This document shows, piece by piece, positions 25,733 to 35,073 of a stretch of 62,279 nt of DNA (the stretch's first letter is position 1; each line of letters begins with the position of its first letter). Made by a program: the position numbers and the translations under genes. Under the pieces are notes generated by a model. The model saw only the letters and a list, made by a program, of their open reading frames with translations. It was not told the DNA's origin and did no database searches. Origin of the DNA: Acidimicrobiales bacterium (lineage in GTDB: Bacteria > Actinomycetota > Acidimicrobiia > Acidimicrobiales > DASWMK01); the NCBI GenBank assembly GCA_036399815.1, contig DASWMK010000043.1:1-62279 (forward strand), written 5' to 3'.

Positions 25733-26838
25733 CCGCTGCCCCCCGCCAGCGCGAAGCCGACGACGTCGGCCACGGTCGGCCCGCCGGCGTTGCCGGTGTC
25801 GGCGCCGGGCAGGGCGCCGCTCGTGGCGTCCTCCCTGGTGCACGAGGACTGGTTGGCCAGGCAGACCACGATGGCCCGCACCTGGAACCACTGGCCGTAC
25901 GAGGAGATCTGGTGGTACGGGATCAGGCCGGTCGGCAGGGTCGACAGGCCGGCCTCCAGGTCGTCGCGGTGCTCGGCCAGGACGTCGGTGATCTCCTGGA
26001 GGTTGGCGATGGCCGTGTCGAGGTCGCCCCGGTTGGACTCGACCAGCTCCTGGAGCTGGGACTGGACGTCGGCGAAGTTGACGACCAGCGACTCCAGCGC
26101 GTCGTTGTTGGCGGCCAGGGTGTCCGACAGCGACGAGAGGTTGCGGATGGTGGCGTCCACCGCCTCGTCGCGGTCGGCGAGCGCGGACAGCACGTCCTCC
26201 ATGTTCTCGATGACCCGCCCGACCTCCTCGTCGAGCCCGCCGACGGTCTGGGACACGACGGCGGCGTCGTCGATCAGGCCCCTCACGTTGGACTCGTTGC
26301 CCTGGAGGGCCTGCATGACGGCCTCGACGAAGGCGTTGGCGTCGGCCGGGTCGATGGCCTGGAGGACCGGGCCGACGGCGTTCAGGAAGTCGCCGACGTC
26401 GGCCGACGGCACGGCCTGCTCGATCGGCAGGCGGTCGCCCGGCTGGAGGACGTCGCCCTCGTCGCCCGGGTAGAGGTAGAGGTACTTCTGGCCGAAGATG
26501 TTCCGCCAGCGGACCCCGACCCTGGTCGAGTCCCGCAGCGCCACCTCGTCGTCCACTTCGAAGCGGACGACCGCCACCCCGCGCTCGACGGAGATGCCGG
26601 TGACCTTGCCGACCGGCACGCCGGCGATCTTCACCTCGTCGTTCACGAGCAGGCCGGTGACGTCGTCGACCTCGGCCTCGTAGCCGGTCTGGTCGGCGAA
26701 GAAGTCGACGTTGCCGATCAGCGACACGAGCTTGGCCAGGGTGGCGAGGCAGGCGAGCGAGTAGAGGGTGAGCTTCAGGACCGTGCGGCCCCGCTTGCCG
26801 CGGGCGCCCTTGAACAGGCGGGAGACGAGCCGCTTCAC
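25729..26838 (-). CDS. MCE-family protein (2nd, MceB-like)
   Basis: 369 aa from GTG 26838 (GTGA overlap). TM helix plus GLLVNDEVKIAGVPVGKVTGI. Confidence 0.85.
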   Translation of the reverse strand: MKRLVSRLFKGARGKRGRTVLKLTLYSLACLATLAKLVSLIGNVDFFADQTGYEAEVDDVTGLLVNDEVKIAGVPVGKVTGISVERGVAVVRFEVDDEVALRDSTRVGVRWRNIFGQKYLYLYPGDEGDVLQPGDRLPIEQAVPSADVGDFLNAVGPVLQAIDPADANAFVEAVMQALQGNESNVRGLIDDAAVVSQTVGGLDEEVGRVIENMEDVLSALADRDEAVDATIRNLSSLSDTLAANNDALESLVVNFADVQSQLQELVESNRGDLDTAIANLQEITDVLAEHRDDLEAGLSTLPTGLIPYHQISSYGQWFQVRAIVVCLANQSSCTREDATSGALPGADTGNAGGPTVADVVGFALAGGSG

Positions 26839-28130
26839 CGGTCGCTCCCGAGGATGCGGTCCACCAGCACCTCGACCGTCGCCGGCTGCGACGTGTCGAC
26901 CGCGCCGATGCCGGCGCCCAGGTCGTCGACGAGGTCCTGCACGGCGCCCGGCGCCCCCGCCTGGGCCTGGGGGGCGGCCGGCTGGCCGGCGGCCGGCGGG
27001 TCCGGGAGCCCGGGCAGCTCGGGCGTGCCCGGGCCGTCGGTCGGCGGCGACTCGGCGTAGCCGGCGCAGTCCATGACGCTGCCCGAGCCGAGCAGCGCGT
27101 CCCGCAGGGCGGCCAGCTCCGGCGGGGCGCCCTCCGGCGGGGCCAGCGCCTCGCACAGCGCCCGCTCGATGTCGTCGAAGAGGATGAAGTTCTTGAAGTA
27201 GGCGAACTTCGTGCCGTCGGGCAGGGTCTCGGCGCTCGACGCCGTCCCCAGCTTGAGCACGTAGCGCGACAGCCCGTAGATGGTCTCGGACACCTCCCGC
27301 TCCCTCGCGAGCAGGACGCGCACGACGTTCTCGCCCCGGTCGAGCATCGTGTCGATGTCCGGCCGGTAGGTGGCGAGCAGGTCGGCGAGGTCGTCGGCGA
27401 ACGGCTTCACGGTGGTGAGCACCCGCTGGAAGTCGGCCTCGTGGGCGTTGAACTCGGGCAGGGACAGGTTCGAGTTGGCGCTGATGGCGTTCAGGTCGGG
27501 GCCGATCGAGCGGATGGCCTCCTGGAAGGCGGCCCACGAGTCGAGCGCCGCCAGCTGCTGGTCGATCGTGTCGGCCAGCACGTCGGTGGCCGCGGCAGCG
27601 CTGTCGAGGGAGCGGGCCACGTCGTCGCCCTGCCCGGCGGCCGCCTCGGTGAGCTCGCTCAGCAGGGTGGCCAGCTCGGTCTCGTCGATGCCCTCGAACA
27701 GCGGGGTCAGGCCGGCGACCATCTCCTCCACCTCGGTGGCCGCGCCCGCCTCGGCGATCTCGTCGCCGTCGGCGAGGAACGGCCCGCCGGCCCCGTCGGT
27801 GAACTCGAGGTCGACGAACTTCTCCCCGAACAGGGTCTTCGGCTTGACGGTGGCGGTGACGTCGGTGGGGATGCGGACGTCGTCGTCGATCTCCATCGTG
27901 ATCCGCACCCGCCGGTCCTCCAGGCGGATCCCGCTCACCTCGCCGACGTTGACGCCCCGCACCTTCACGTCAGCGCCCGGCCGCATGGCCTCGCCGGCCC
28001 TCGGGAACAGCGCGGAGACCTCGTAGGTGTCGGCGAACTCGCCGTAGGCGGCCCGCACGGCGACCACGCAGGCCGACAGGACCAGCAACAGGATGGCGAC
28101 GGAGCCGACGGCGCGGTGGGCCTTCGTCAT
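26835..28130 (-). CDS. MCE-family protein (1st, MceA-like)
   Basis: 431 aa. TM helix plus MRPGADVKVRGVNVGEVSGIRL. Confidence 0.85.
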   Translation of the reverse strand: MTKAHRAVGSVAILLLVLSACVVAVRAAYGEFADTYEVSALFPRAGEAMRPGADVKVRGVNVGEVSGIRLEDRRVRITMEIDDDVRIPTDVTATVKPKTLFGEKFVDLEFTDGAGGPFLADGDEIAEAGAATEVEEMVAGLTPLFEGIDETELATLLSELTEAAAGQGDDVARSLDSAAAATDVLADTIDQQLAALDSWAAFQEAIRSIGPDLNAISANSNLSLPEFNAHEADFQRVLTTVKPFADDLADLLATYRPDIDTMLDRGENVVRVLLAREREVSETIYGLSRYVLKLGTASSAETLPDGTKFAYFKNFILFDDIERALCEALAPPEGAPPELAALRDALLGSGSVMDCAGYAESPPTDGPGTPELPGLPDPPAAGQPAAPQAQAGAPGAVQDLVDDLGAGIGAVDTSQPATVEVLVDRILGSDR

Positions 28131-28139
28131 CCCCGCCCC

Positions 28140-29012
28140 TCAGCCCACGATCCTCGCCGTGTCCTGGCCGCCGTAGAACAGCAGCGAGAACAGGAGGTTC
28201 AACAGGACGACGACGATCAGCGACACCCGGATGGCCTTGCCGGCCGCCTCCCCCACCCCGGCCGGCCCGCCGCTCGCGTAGTAGCCGTAGTAGCAGTGGA
28301 TGAGGGTGACGGCGACGGCGAAGACCAGCGCCTTCACGAACGAGTAGAAGATGTCGACCGGCGGCAGGAACAGCCGGAAGTAGTGCTGGTAGACGCCGGG
28401 CGACAGGGTGAAGAACTTCGTGACGATCAGCTCGGTGGCCAGGTAGCTCGAGAACAGGGCGGCCAGGTAGAGCGGGATCATCGTGATCAGCGCGGCCCAC
28501 ACCCTGGTGGTGACGAGGTAGACGAAGCTGTCGACGCCCATCACCTCGAGGGCGTCGATCTCGTCGCTGATCCGCATGGCGCCGATCTGGGCCGTGAACC
28601 CGGCGCCGATCTGGGCGGCCAGGGCCACGCCGGCGATCAGGGGGGTGATCTCGCGGGTGTTGGCGACCGAGGAGATGATCCCGGTGAACGCCTCGGCGCC
28701 GATCTGCTCGAGGGCCTGGAAGCCCTGGAGGCCGACCTCGGTGCCGGTGAAGAAGCTGAGCGTGAAGATCACGAAGAACATGCCGCCGCCGAGGACGAGG
28801 GCCCCGGCGCCGACGGTGATGTCGGAGACGAGGGCGACGATCTCCTTGCGGTAGTGCAGGGCCGACGGCATGCCCCGGAGGATCCGGGCCGAGAACCGGA
28901 ACTGGTCGAACAGCTGGGCGAACGGCCCGAGGCCGGCGCCGATGGGCCTGGCCGCGAGGCGGGTGACGGGTCCGTGGTCGGTGCGGGCGGCGGTCGGGAC
29001 GGCCACGGTCAC
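28140..29012 (-). CDS. YrbE/MlaE-family ABC permease (YrbEB-like)
   Basis: 290 aa from GTG 29012 (GTGA overlap). Contains TREITPLIAGVALAAQIGAGFTAQIGAMRISDEIDALEVMGV. Confidence 0.85.
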   Translation of the reverse strand: MTVAVPTAARTDHGPVTRLAARPIGAGLGPFAQLFDQFRFSARILRGMPSALHYRKEIVALVSDITVGAGALVLGGGMFFVIFTLSFFTGTEVGLQGFQALEQIGAEAFTGIISSVANTREITPLIAGVALAAQIGAGFTAQIGAMRISDEIDALEVMGVDSFVYLVTTRVWAALITMIPLYLAALFSSYLATELIVTKFFTLSPGVYQHYFRLFLPPVDIFYSFVKALVFAVAVTLIHCYYGYYASGGPAGVGEAAGKAIRVSLIVVVLLNLLFSLLFYGGQDTARIVG

Positions 29013-29800
29013 ACCTTCTGGGGGACGAAGTTGAAGTAGATGGTCGTGAGCACGTAGTTCACGAAGAACAGCAGGATGAACGTGATCACGACGGCCTGGT
29101 TGACGGCGTCGCCCACGCCCTTCGGGCCGCCCTTGACCGACATGCCCTTGTAGCAGGCGACCACGCCGGCGATGAACCCGAAGATGGCCGCCTTGGTGAG
29201 CGCCAGCCACAGGTCGGACAGCTGGCTGAGCTCGTTGAACGAGGCGAAGAAGCTCGACGAGGTCACGTCGTTCACCTGGGTGGCGAAGAACCACCCCCCG
29301 GTGAGGCCGGCGGCCGTGACGACGGCGTCGAGCAGGATGGCGAGGACGGTGGCGGCCAGGATGCGGGGCAGGACCAGCCGCTGGACCGGGTTGACGGCCA
29401 TGACCTCCATGGCCGAGATCTCGTCCCGGATGCGGCGGGCGCCGAGGTCGGCGCACATGGCCGACCCGCCGGCCCCGGCGATCAGCAGCGCCGTGGCGAT
29501 CGGCGCCTGCTCCCGGACGACGGCGAGCACGAGCGCCGACCCGGTGTGGGCCTCGGCCCCGAGCTGGCGGGTGAGGGCGCCGACCTGGAGGACGATGACG
29601 ATCCCGAACGGGATCGAGATGAGGATGACGGGGATGGTCGTCACCTTGGCGATGAACCAGCACTGGTCGACGAACTCGCCGACCGGCCAGGGACGGGAGA
29701 AGACCCGCCGCATGGCCTCCATGCCGAGGGCGGCCATGCTCCCGGTCTCCCGGAACAGGGTGGTCGCCTTGCCGACGAGCGGGATGCGGACGGCGGCCAT
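29009..29800 (-). CDS. YrbE/MlaE-family ABC permease (YrbEA-like)
   Basis: 263 aa. Contains VVREQAPIATALLIAGAGGSAMCADLGARRIRDEISAMEVMAV. Confidence 0.85.
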   Translation of the reverse strand: MAAVRIPLVGKATTLFRETGSMAALGMEAMRRVFSRPWPVGEFVDQCWFIAKVTTIPVILISIPFGIVIVLQVGALTRQLGAEAHTGSALVLAVVREQAPIATALLIAGAGGSAMCADLGARRIRDEISAMEVMAVNPVQRLVLPRILAATVLAILLDAVVTAAGLTGGWFFATQVNDVTSSSFFASFNELSQLSDLWLALTKAAIFGFIAGVVACYKGMSVKGGPKGVGDAVNQAVVITFILLFFVNYVLTTIYFNFVPQKV

Positions 29801-29849
29801 CAGCGGGCGCTCCCCGGGCGGCGGGCGGCAGTGACGGTCGGGCCGGCCA

Positions 29850-30917
29850 TCAGACGGTCATGACCTCGGGCTCGCGCTGGCCCTGGGCCCGGTCGCGGGC
29901 CAGGCGGGCCTCCTCCCGGGCCACCAGCTCCCGCTCGATCTCGCTCTCCTCCTCGGCGAGCTCGTCGATCCCGATCGGGCCCTTGGCCCGGCCGGCGAGG
30001 AACTGGCGGATGATCGGGTCGTCCGAGGCCACCATCTCGTCCCTGGCCGCGAAGCGGACGAGCCCCGACCGGTAGAGGACCCCGACGTAGTCGGCGGTCC
30101 GCATGACCGACGGGATGTTGTGGGTGATGATGAAGAACGTCGCCCCGGTCTCCTCCTGGGTCTTCTTCACCAGCTCGTCGAGGTAGGAGACGCGGACGGG
30201 GTCGAGGCCGGAGTCGGGCTCGTCGAACAGGACGATCTCGGGGTCCATGGCGAGCGCCCGGGCCAGCCCGGCCCGCTTCTTCATGCCGCCCGACACCTCG
30301 CCCGGCGCCTTCTTCAGGTGGTCGAGCAGGCCCACCAGCTCGGCCTTCTCGTGGACGATGCGGCGGATCTCGCGCTCGGACTTCGTCGTGTGCTCGCGGA
30401 GGGGGAAGGCGATGTTGTCGTAGAGGCTCATCGAGCCGAACAGGGCGCCGTCCTGGAACAGCACGCCGAACTTGCGCCGGACCCGGTAGAGGTCCCGGTC
30501 CCGCATGCGGACGGTCTCCTCGCCGTCCACCCAGATCTCGCCGGCGTCCGGGCGGAGCAGGCCGATGATGTTCTTCAGCAGCACCGACTTGCCCGTCCCC
30601 GACGGGCCCATGATGGCGCTGATCTTGCCCTTCGGGATGTCGAAGGTGATGTCCTTCAGCACCGTGTGGGAGCCGAAGGACTTGGTGACGCCCCGCAGGG
30701 AGATGATCGCGTCCAGGGTGGGCCCCCTTCCCGGGTTCGGCGACGGTCGGCGACGTGGGCGGCTCGTGCCCGGCGCCTTCCTTCGCCGTCGGGGGCCTCG
30801 GACCCTTCTCGGTCCCGACGAGAGCAGCGCGATCCGGCGAGGGTTGTTTGGGGAGGGGCCCGACCCGCCGTTGGCACCGTCACCGGTGCACCGGCGCCGG
30901 GGACCCGGCACGGGCAC
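29850..30917 (-). CDS. mkl: Mce-system ABC ATPase (Mkl/MceG/MlaF-like); start codon uncertain
   Basis: Walker A GPSGTGKS, signature SGGMKKRAGLARA, Walker B LFDEPDSGLD. The conserved part begins about 30716. The only canonical in-frame start is GTG 30917, which adds a 67-aa R/P-rich N-terminus with poorer codon usage. Confidence 0.8.
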   Translation of the reverse strand: MPVPGPRRRCTGDGANGGSGPSPNNPRRIALLSSGPRRVRGPRRRRKAPGTSRPRRRPSPNPGRGPTLDAIISLRGVTKSFGSHTVLKDITFDIPKGKISAIMGPSGTGKSVLLKNIIGLLRPDAGEIWVDGEETVRMRDRDLYRVRRKFGVLFQDGALFGSMSLYDNIAFPLREHTTKSEREIRRIVHEKAELVGLLDHLKKAPGEVSGGMKKRAGLARALAMDPEIVLFDEPDSGLDPVRVSYLDELVKKTQEETGATFFIITHNIPSVMRTADYVGVLYRSGLVRFAARDEMVASDDPIIRQFLAGRAKGPIGIDELAEEESEIERELVAREEARLARDRAQGQREPEVMTV

Positions 30918-30964
30918 ACCGAAGCGTTCTCTACTTGGCGACCCGGGCCCCTCGCACCCGTTCC

Positions 30965-31014
30965 CACCCTCGAGAGGGTGCCCAGATGTTGACGGCGGAC
31001 GCCCGGCCTGTCAA
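30965..31014 (-). promoter_or_regulatory. candidate sigmaA-type promoter plus inverted-repeat operator upstream of the mce operon
   Basis: On the minus strand: TTGACA (31014-31009), 17 nt, CAACAT (30991-30986). It is followed immediately by the inverted repeat CACCCTC-tc-GAGGGTG (30980-30965). Confidence 0.3.
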
Positions 31015-31073
31015 GCGGCCGCGCGACGCCCTGACCAGGGCTTTCTCGCGTCTGCGCTGGTCAGCCGTCGTGT

Positions 31074-32060
31074 TCAGAATCGGGCGCGAAGGGACAGCAC
31101 CAGCTCGACGTAGTCGGCGGTCCCGGCGTACGGCCCGACCGTGCGGACCGAGGCCAGCCCCTGGTAGTAGGCGGCCACCGACGTCGCCACGTCGCCGCCG
31201 GTCTGGTCGAGCAGCCAGCGCAGGTAGCGGGCGGAGAGGCGCACGTTGTCGGCCGCGTCCCAGGGGTCGAGGTCCTCGCCGATCAGCCCCTCGACGAAGG
31301 CGACGGTCTCGGGGAGCAGCTGGCCGACGCCGATGGCGCCCGCCGACGAGCGCAGCCCGGCCTGCCAGCCCGACTCGAGCCAGGTCATCGCCTGGAGGAG
31401 GTCGGCGGGGACGCCGTAGGCCGCCGCCCACCGGTCGAACTCGGGGTCGAGGGCGGCCCGGGCCGGGTCGGCGGCGATCCGCTCGGCGATCGAGGGGGGC
31501 TCGGGGATGCGCAGGGTGCGGCCGGCGACGACGAGGCCGGCGTCGGCGATTCCGTTCTCGGCGGCCACGGCGGCCACCGACACGCCGAAGCGCCCGGCGA
31601 TGCCCGAGAGCGTGTCGCCGGGCTGCACGGTGTAGGCGGCGGCCGCCCCCGGGGTGGTCGCCGCGACGGCCGGCGCTGCCGCCGGCGCCGCTCCCCCGCC
31701 GGCCGGGATCGTCAGCACCGTGCCCACCGGGACCAGGTTGGGGTCGGCCAGCCCATTGGCGGCGACCAGGTCGGCGAGCGCCACCCCGTGGGCGGCGGCG
31801 ACCGAGGACAGCGTGTCGCCGGCGGCCACCCGGTAGGGGCGGGCGGGGAGGCGCAGGACCGTGCCGGCGACCACGTGGTCCGGGTCGGCGATGCCGTTGG
31901 CGGCGGCCAGGTCGGCGAGGGCCACCCCGTGGGCGGCGGCGACCGACGAGAGGGTCTCCCCCGGCCGGACGACGACGTCGGCCGCCGCGGGCGCGGCGAC
32001 GAGGGCGACCAGCGCGGCGGCGATCGCGACCAGGCGGTGGACGGGTGCACGACAGGGCAC
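31074..32060 (-). CDS. secreted 3x LysM + lytic transglycosylase (SLT) domain protein
   Basis: 328 aa. Signal peptide. Three LysM repeats (GETLSSVAAAHGV..., GDTLSSVAAAHGV..., GDTLSGIAGRFGV...). SLT motifs MTWLESGW, GAIGVGQL, AAYYQG. Confidence 0.85.
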   Translation of the reverse strand: MPCRAPVHRLVAIAAALVALVAAPAAADVVVRPGETLSSVAAAHGVALADLAAANGIADPDHVVAGTVLRLPARPYRVAAGDTLSSVAAAHGVALADLVAANGLADPNLVPVGTVLTIPAGGGAAPAAAPAVAATTPGAAAAYTVQPGDTLSGIAGRFGVSVAAVAAENGIADAGLVVAGRTLRIPEPPSIAERIAADPARAALDPEFDRWAAAYGVPADLLQAMTWLESGWQAGLRSSAGAIGVGQLLPETVAFVEGLIGEDLDPWDAADNVRLSARYLRWLLDQTGGDVATSVAAYYQGLASVRTVGPYAGTADYVELVLSLRARF

Positions 32061-32179
32061 GGCTCGGGACCTCCACGGCCCCCGGGCTCCACCCGCCGTG
32101 GCCGGAACGGTACGGAACGCCGCCCTCCGCTGTCAACCTCGACCGGCCTCGACCTCCCGTGGAGGTCGAACCTCGACCT

Positions 32180-33787
32180 CTAGTCGAGGGTCGGGCGGCG
32201 GCGCTCGGCCCGGCGCTCGGACTCGAGGCGCTCGAGGTCGGGCTCGGGCGAGTGGTCGGCGAAGCGCATCATCTCCGCCACCGCCGGGTGGCCGGCCTCC
32301 TCCTCGATGAGGCGGTGCATCTCCTGGCCGATGCGGCGGTAGGCGGGGTGGCCCTGGGTGGTGGTGCGCAGCTCGATCAGGTGCATGGCCTCGCGGGCGT
32401 TGAGCTGGATGCTGAACCGCACCCGGTAGGCCAGGCACACGACGTAGGCGGCCTGCTCGGGGAAGCGCTCGGCCAGCGCCTCGTACAGGGCGGCCGAGCG
32501 GTCCATGGCCTCGTCGAAGGGCCCGTCCAGCCCGGCGGCGTCCACGGCGGCGGGACGGTCGTAGCCGTGCCGGGGGCTGAGCGCCTGCCACTCGATGGTC
32601 AGCATGCGGTGGCGCTGGAGGTCCCGGAAGGCGCCGTAGTCGGCGAGGACGTCGAAGCGGTAGGCCACCCGCTCGAGCGCCCGGCCCGGCTTGTGGCGCC
32701 GGTTGGCCCGCTCCCCCACGTAGGCCCGCACGACGGCCAAGCGCTCGTCGGCGCCCATCCCCCGCACCCGCTTCTCGACCTGGTCCTCGGGCAGGGTCGT
32801 GTACGGGTAGAGCATCGCCGTCACGAGCTTGGTCTCGGCCTCGGGGTCGTGGTCGACCAGGCGGACCTCGGGCGACGGCGCCGGCTCCTCCCCGGCGAAC
32901 AGCTCGGCGGCCAGGCCCGCCATCGCCTCCCTGGTCGAGGCCAGGTAGGCCGACCAGGCCCCGCCCCGGTCGGCCAGGTCGACCCGCTTGAGGAACGACG
33001 GGATGACCTTGCGCAGCTCGGTGAGCATCAGGTCGGCGTAGGCCCTGGCCTCGGGCAGCGGGTGGGCCCGCATGCGCAGCAGGAGCTGCTCGTAGCCCTG
33101 CCCCGTGCCGTAGATCCCGACGTTGGACAGCGAGGCCGCCGGCAGCACCCCGCGGGCCGCGTCCAGCGCCTTGGCCCGCACCGCCTGGCGGTAGACGAGG
33201 TCGGAGTCGCCGGCCTGCTTCGGCGTGCAGACCCTGAACCAGTCCTGGAGGGCCGGGACGAGGCCGGCGTAGGCGTCGAACAGCCGGTCCATGTCGCCCA
33301 CGTAGCGGGTGCCGAGCGGCGACGAGCAGACCTCCGGGTCCCGGTAGAAGCGGTAGCGCCCGCCGAGCCTCGTGTCGTAGGCGATGTACCTGGTCGACTG
33401 CTCCAGGTAGGACATCAGCCGGCCCCACTCGAGCACCTTGGTGAGCAGGTTCGAGGCCTGCTCGCAGGCGAGGTGGACCCCGCCGAGCTGGGCCACCGAG
33501 TCGTCCCCGTAGGCGAAGAAGACCCGGTCGTAGAGCTCCTCGGCCCGCCGCAGCCCCACGGTGGCGTCGATGCCGGCGTCGCCGGTGACGTCGAGGTCCC
33601 CCACGAACTCGTCGAGGAAGAGCCGGCGCAGGCTCTTCGGCGACCGGGAGTAGCGGGCGAACAGCGCCCCCTTCACCACCTCGGGCAGGTTCACCAGGGC
33701 GAACACCGGGCCGTCGAGGTTCGTGAAGTAGCGGCGGAGGACGTCCTCCTCGTCGTCGGTGAACTCCTCGGCGACGTACAGGGTCAC
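32180..33787 (-). CDS. ThyX-domain protein (long, double-domain FAD-dependent thymidylate synthase-like)
   Basis: 535 aa. Contains ALFARYSRS and the RHR motif FRDLQRHRMLT. Its length fits the tandem ThyX-like architecture. Confidence 0.65.
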   Translation of the reverse strand: MTLYVAEEFTDDEEDVLRRYFTNLDGPVFALVNLPEVVKGALFARYSRSPKSLRRLFLDEFVGDLDVTGDAGIDATVGLRRAEELYDRVFFAYGDDSVAQLGGVHLACEQASNLLTKVLEWGRLMSYLEQSTRYIAYDTRLGGRYRFYRDPEVCSSPLGTRYVGDMDRLFDAYAGLVPALQDWFRVCTPKQAGDSDLVYRQAVRAKALDAARGVLPAASLSNVGIYGTGQGYEQLLLRMRAHPLPEARAYADLMLTELRKVIPSFLKRVDLADRGGAWSAYLASTREAMAGLAAELFAGEEPAPSPEVRLVDHDPEAETKLVTAMLYPYTTLPEDQVEKRVRGMGADERLAVVRAYVGERANRRHKPGRALERVAYRFDVLADYGAFRDLQRHRMLTIEWQALSPRHGYDRPAAVDAAGLDGPFDEAMDRSAALYEALAERFPEQAAYVVCLAYRVRFSIQLNAREAMHLIELRTTTQGHPAYRRIGQEMHRLIEEEAGHPAVAEMMRFADHSPEPDLERLESERRAERRRPTLD

Positions 33788-33842
33788 GGCGGGCGACTCT
33801 ACGGTCGCCCCCGCGGCAGATCGCGGACCCCGGCCGTGCGGG

Positions 33843-35030
33843 TCACGACTTCTCCGCCGCCGCGAACTCCGCCTTGGCGGCGTCGAGCACGTCGGGCCGG
33901 AGCCACAGGTCGGCGATGGTCATGGCCAGCATCTTGGCCCCGTCGAGCACGGCGAGGTCGCCGTCGGGCGACCCGGCGAACGCGGTGAACTCGGGCGAGT
34001 GGATGGGGATGTCGGGCGGCGACACCTGGATCATCGGGTGGATCGACGGCACCCGGTGGCTCACGTTGCCCATGTCCGTGCTGCCGACGACGCCGGGCCG
34101 GCCCACGCTCGGGTCGACCGGCTCCCGGCCGACCCGGCGGGCGTTGTCCACCCAGGCGGCCACCATCGGGCCGTTGTCGATCATGTCGAAGTACATCGGG
34201 TCCTTCCACTCCGCCGACATCGTGCAGCCGGCGGCGGCCGCGCCCGCCTCCAGGCAGGCGTGCACCCTGGCCTTCAGCTCCTCCAGGCTGGCCACCTTGG
34301 GCGAGCGCACGTACCATTGGGCGGCGGCGTGCTCGGGGACGATGTTCGGCTTCTCCCCGGCCTTGGTGAAGATCCCGTGGACCCGCTCGTCGGGCCGGAT
34401 GTGCTGGCGCAGGGCGGCGACGTTGACGTAGCCGAGGACGGCGGCGTCGAGGGCGTTGCGGCCCTTGAACGGGAAGGCGGCGGCGTGGGCGGCCTTGCCG
34501 TGGTAGTCGACCCACAGCTGCTGGATGGCGATGGCGTTCATCGCCGTGAGGTCCCGGTTGGCCGGGTGGACCATCAGCGCGGCGTCGACCCCGTCGAGCG
34601 CGCCCCGGTCGGCCATGAACACCTTGCCGCCGCCGCCCTCCTCGGCCGGCGTGCCGAGGATCACGACCCGGCCGCCGACCTCGTCGGCCAGCGCCGCGGC
34701 GGCGAGCCCGGCGCCCAGGCCGGCGGTGCCGATGATGTTGTGTCCGCAGGCGTGGCCGATGCCGGGGAGGGCGTCGTACTCGCAGAGCACGGCGATGGTC
34801 GGCCCGTCGCCGCTCCCGGCCCTGGCCGCGAACGCCGTCTCCAGGTCGTAGGCGCCGAGGTTGGGCTCCAGCCCGTCGGCGTCGAGGAGCGACGCCAGCA
34901 GGTCGGCGGCGAAGTGCTCCTCGTAGCAGAGCTCCGGCCGGGCGTGGATCTGGTGGGAGGCGTCCACGAGCGCCTCGGCCCGGCGGTCCACCTCGTCGCA
35001 CAGCCGCTGCTTCAGCTCGTCCAGTTGCAC
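33843..35030 (-). CDS. M20-family amidohydrolase/peptidase (AbgB/hippurate hydrolase-like)
   Basis: 395 aa. Contains IHARPELCYEE and CEYDALPGIGHACGHNIIG. Confidence 0.8.
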   Translation of the reverse strand: MQLDELKQRLCDEVDRRAEALVDASHQIHARPELCYEEHFAADLLASLLDADGLEPNLGAYDLETAFAARAGSGDGPTIAVLCEYDALPGIGHACGHNIIGTAGLGAGLAAAALADEVGGRVVILGTPAEEGGGGKVFMADRGALDGVDAALMVHPANRDLTAMNAIAIQQLWVDYHGKAAHAAAFPFKGRNALDAAVLGYVNVAALRQHIRPDERVHGIFTKAGEKPNIVPEHAAAQWYVRSPKVASLEELKARVHACLEAGAAAAGCTMSAEWKDPMYFDMIDNGPMVAAWVDNARRVGREPVDPSVGRPGVVGSTDMGNVSHRVPSIHPMIQVSPPDIPIHSPEFTAFAGSPDGDLAVLDGAKMLAMTIADLWLRPDVLDAAKAEFAAAEKS

Positions 35031-35073
35031 ACCGTGAGCCTACGAGGCGGGGGTCACACCCCGGGCCGGCACG

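Noticed and set aside
30755-33988. 1077-aa plus-strand ORF
   Set aside because: It is antisense to the LysM/SLT and ThyX-like genes. Its N-terminal half is almost pure Arg/Pro/Gly.
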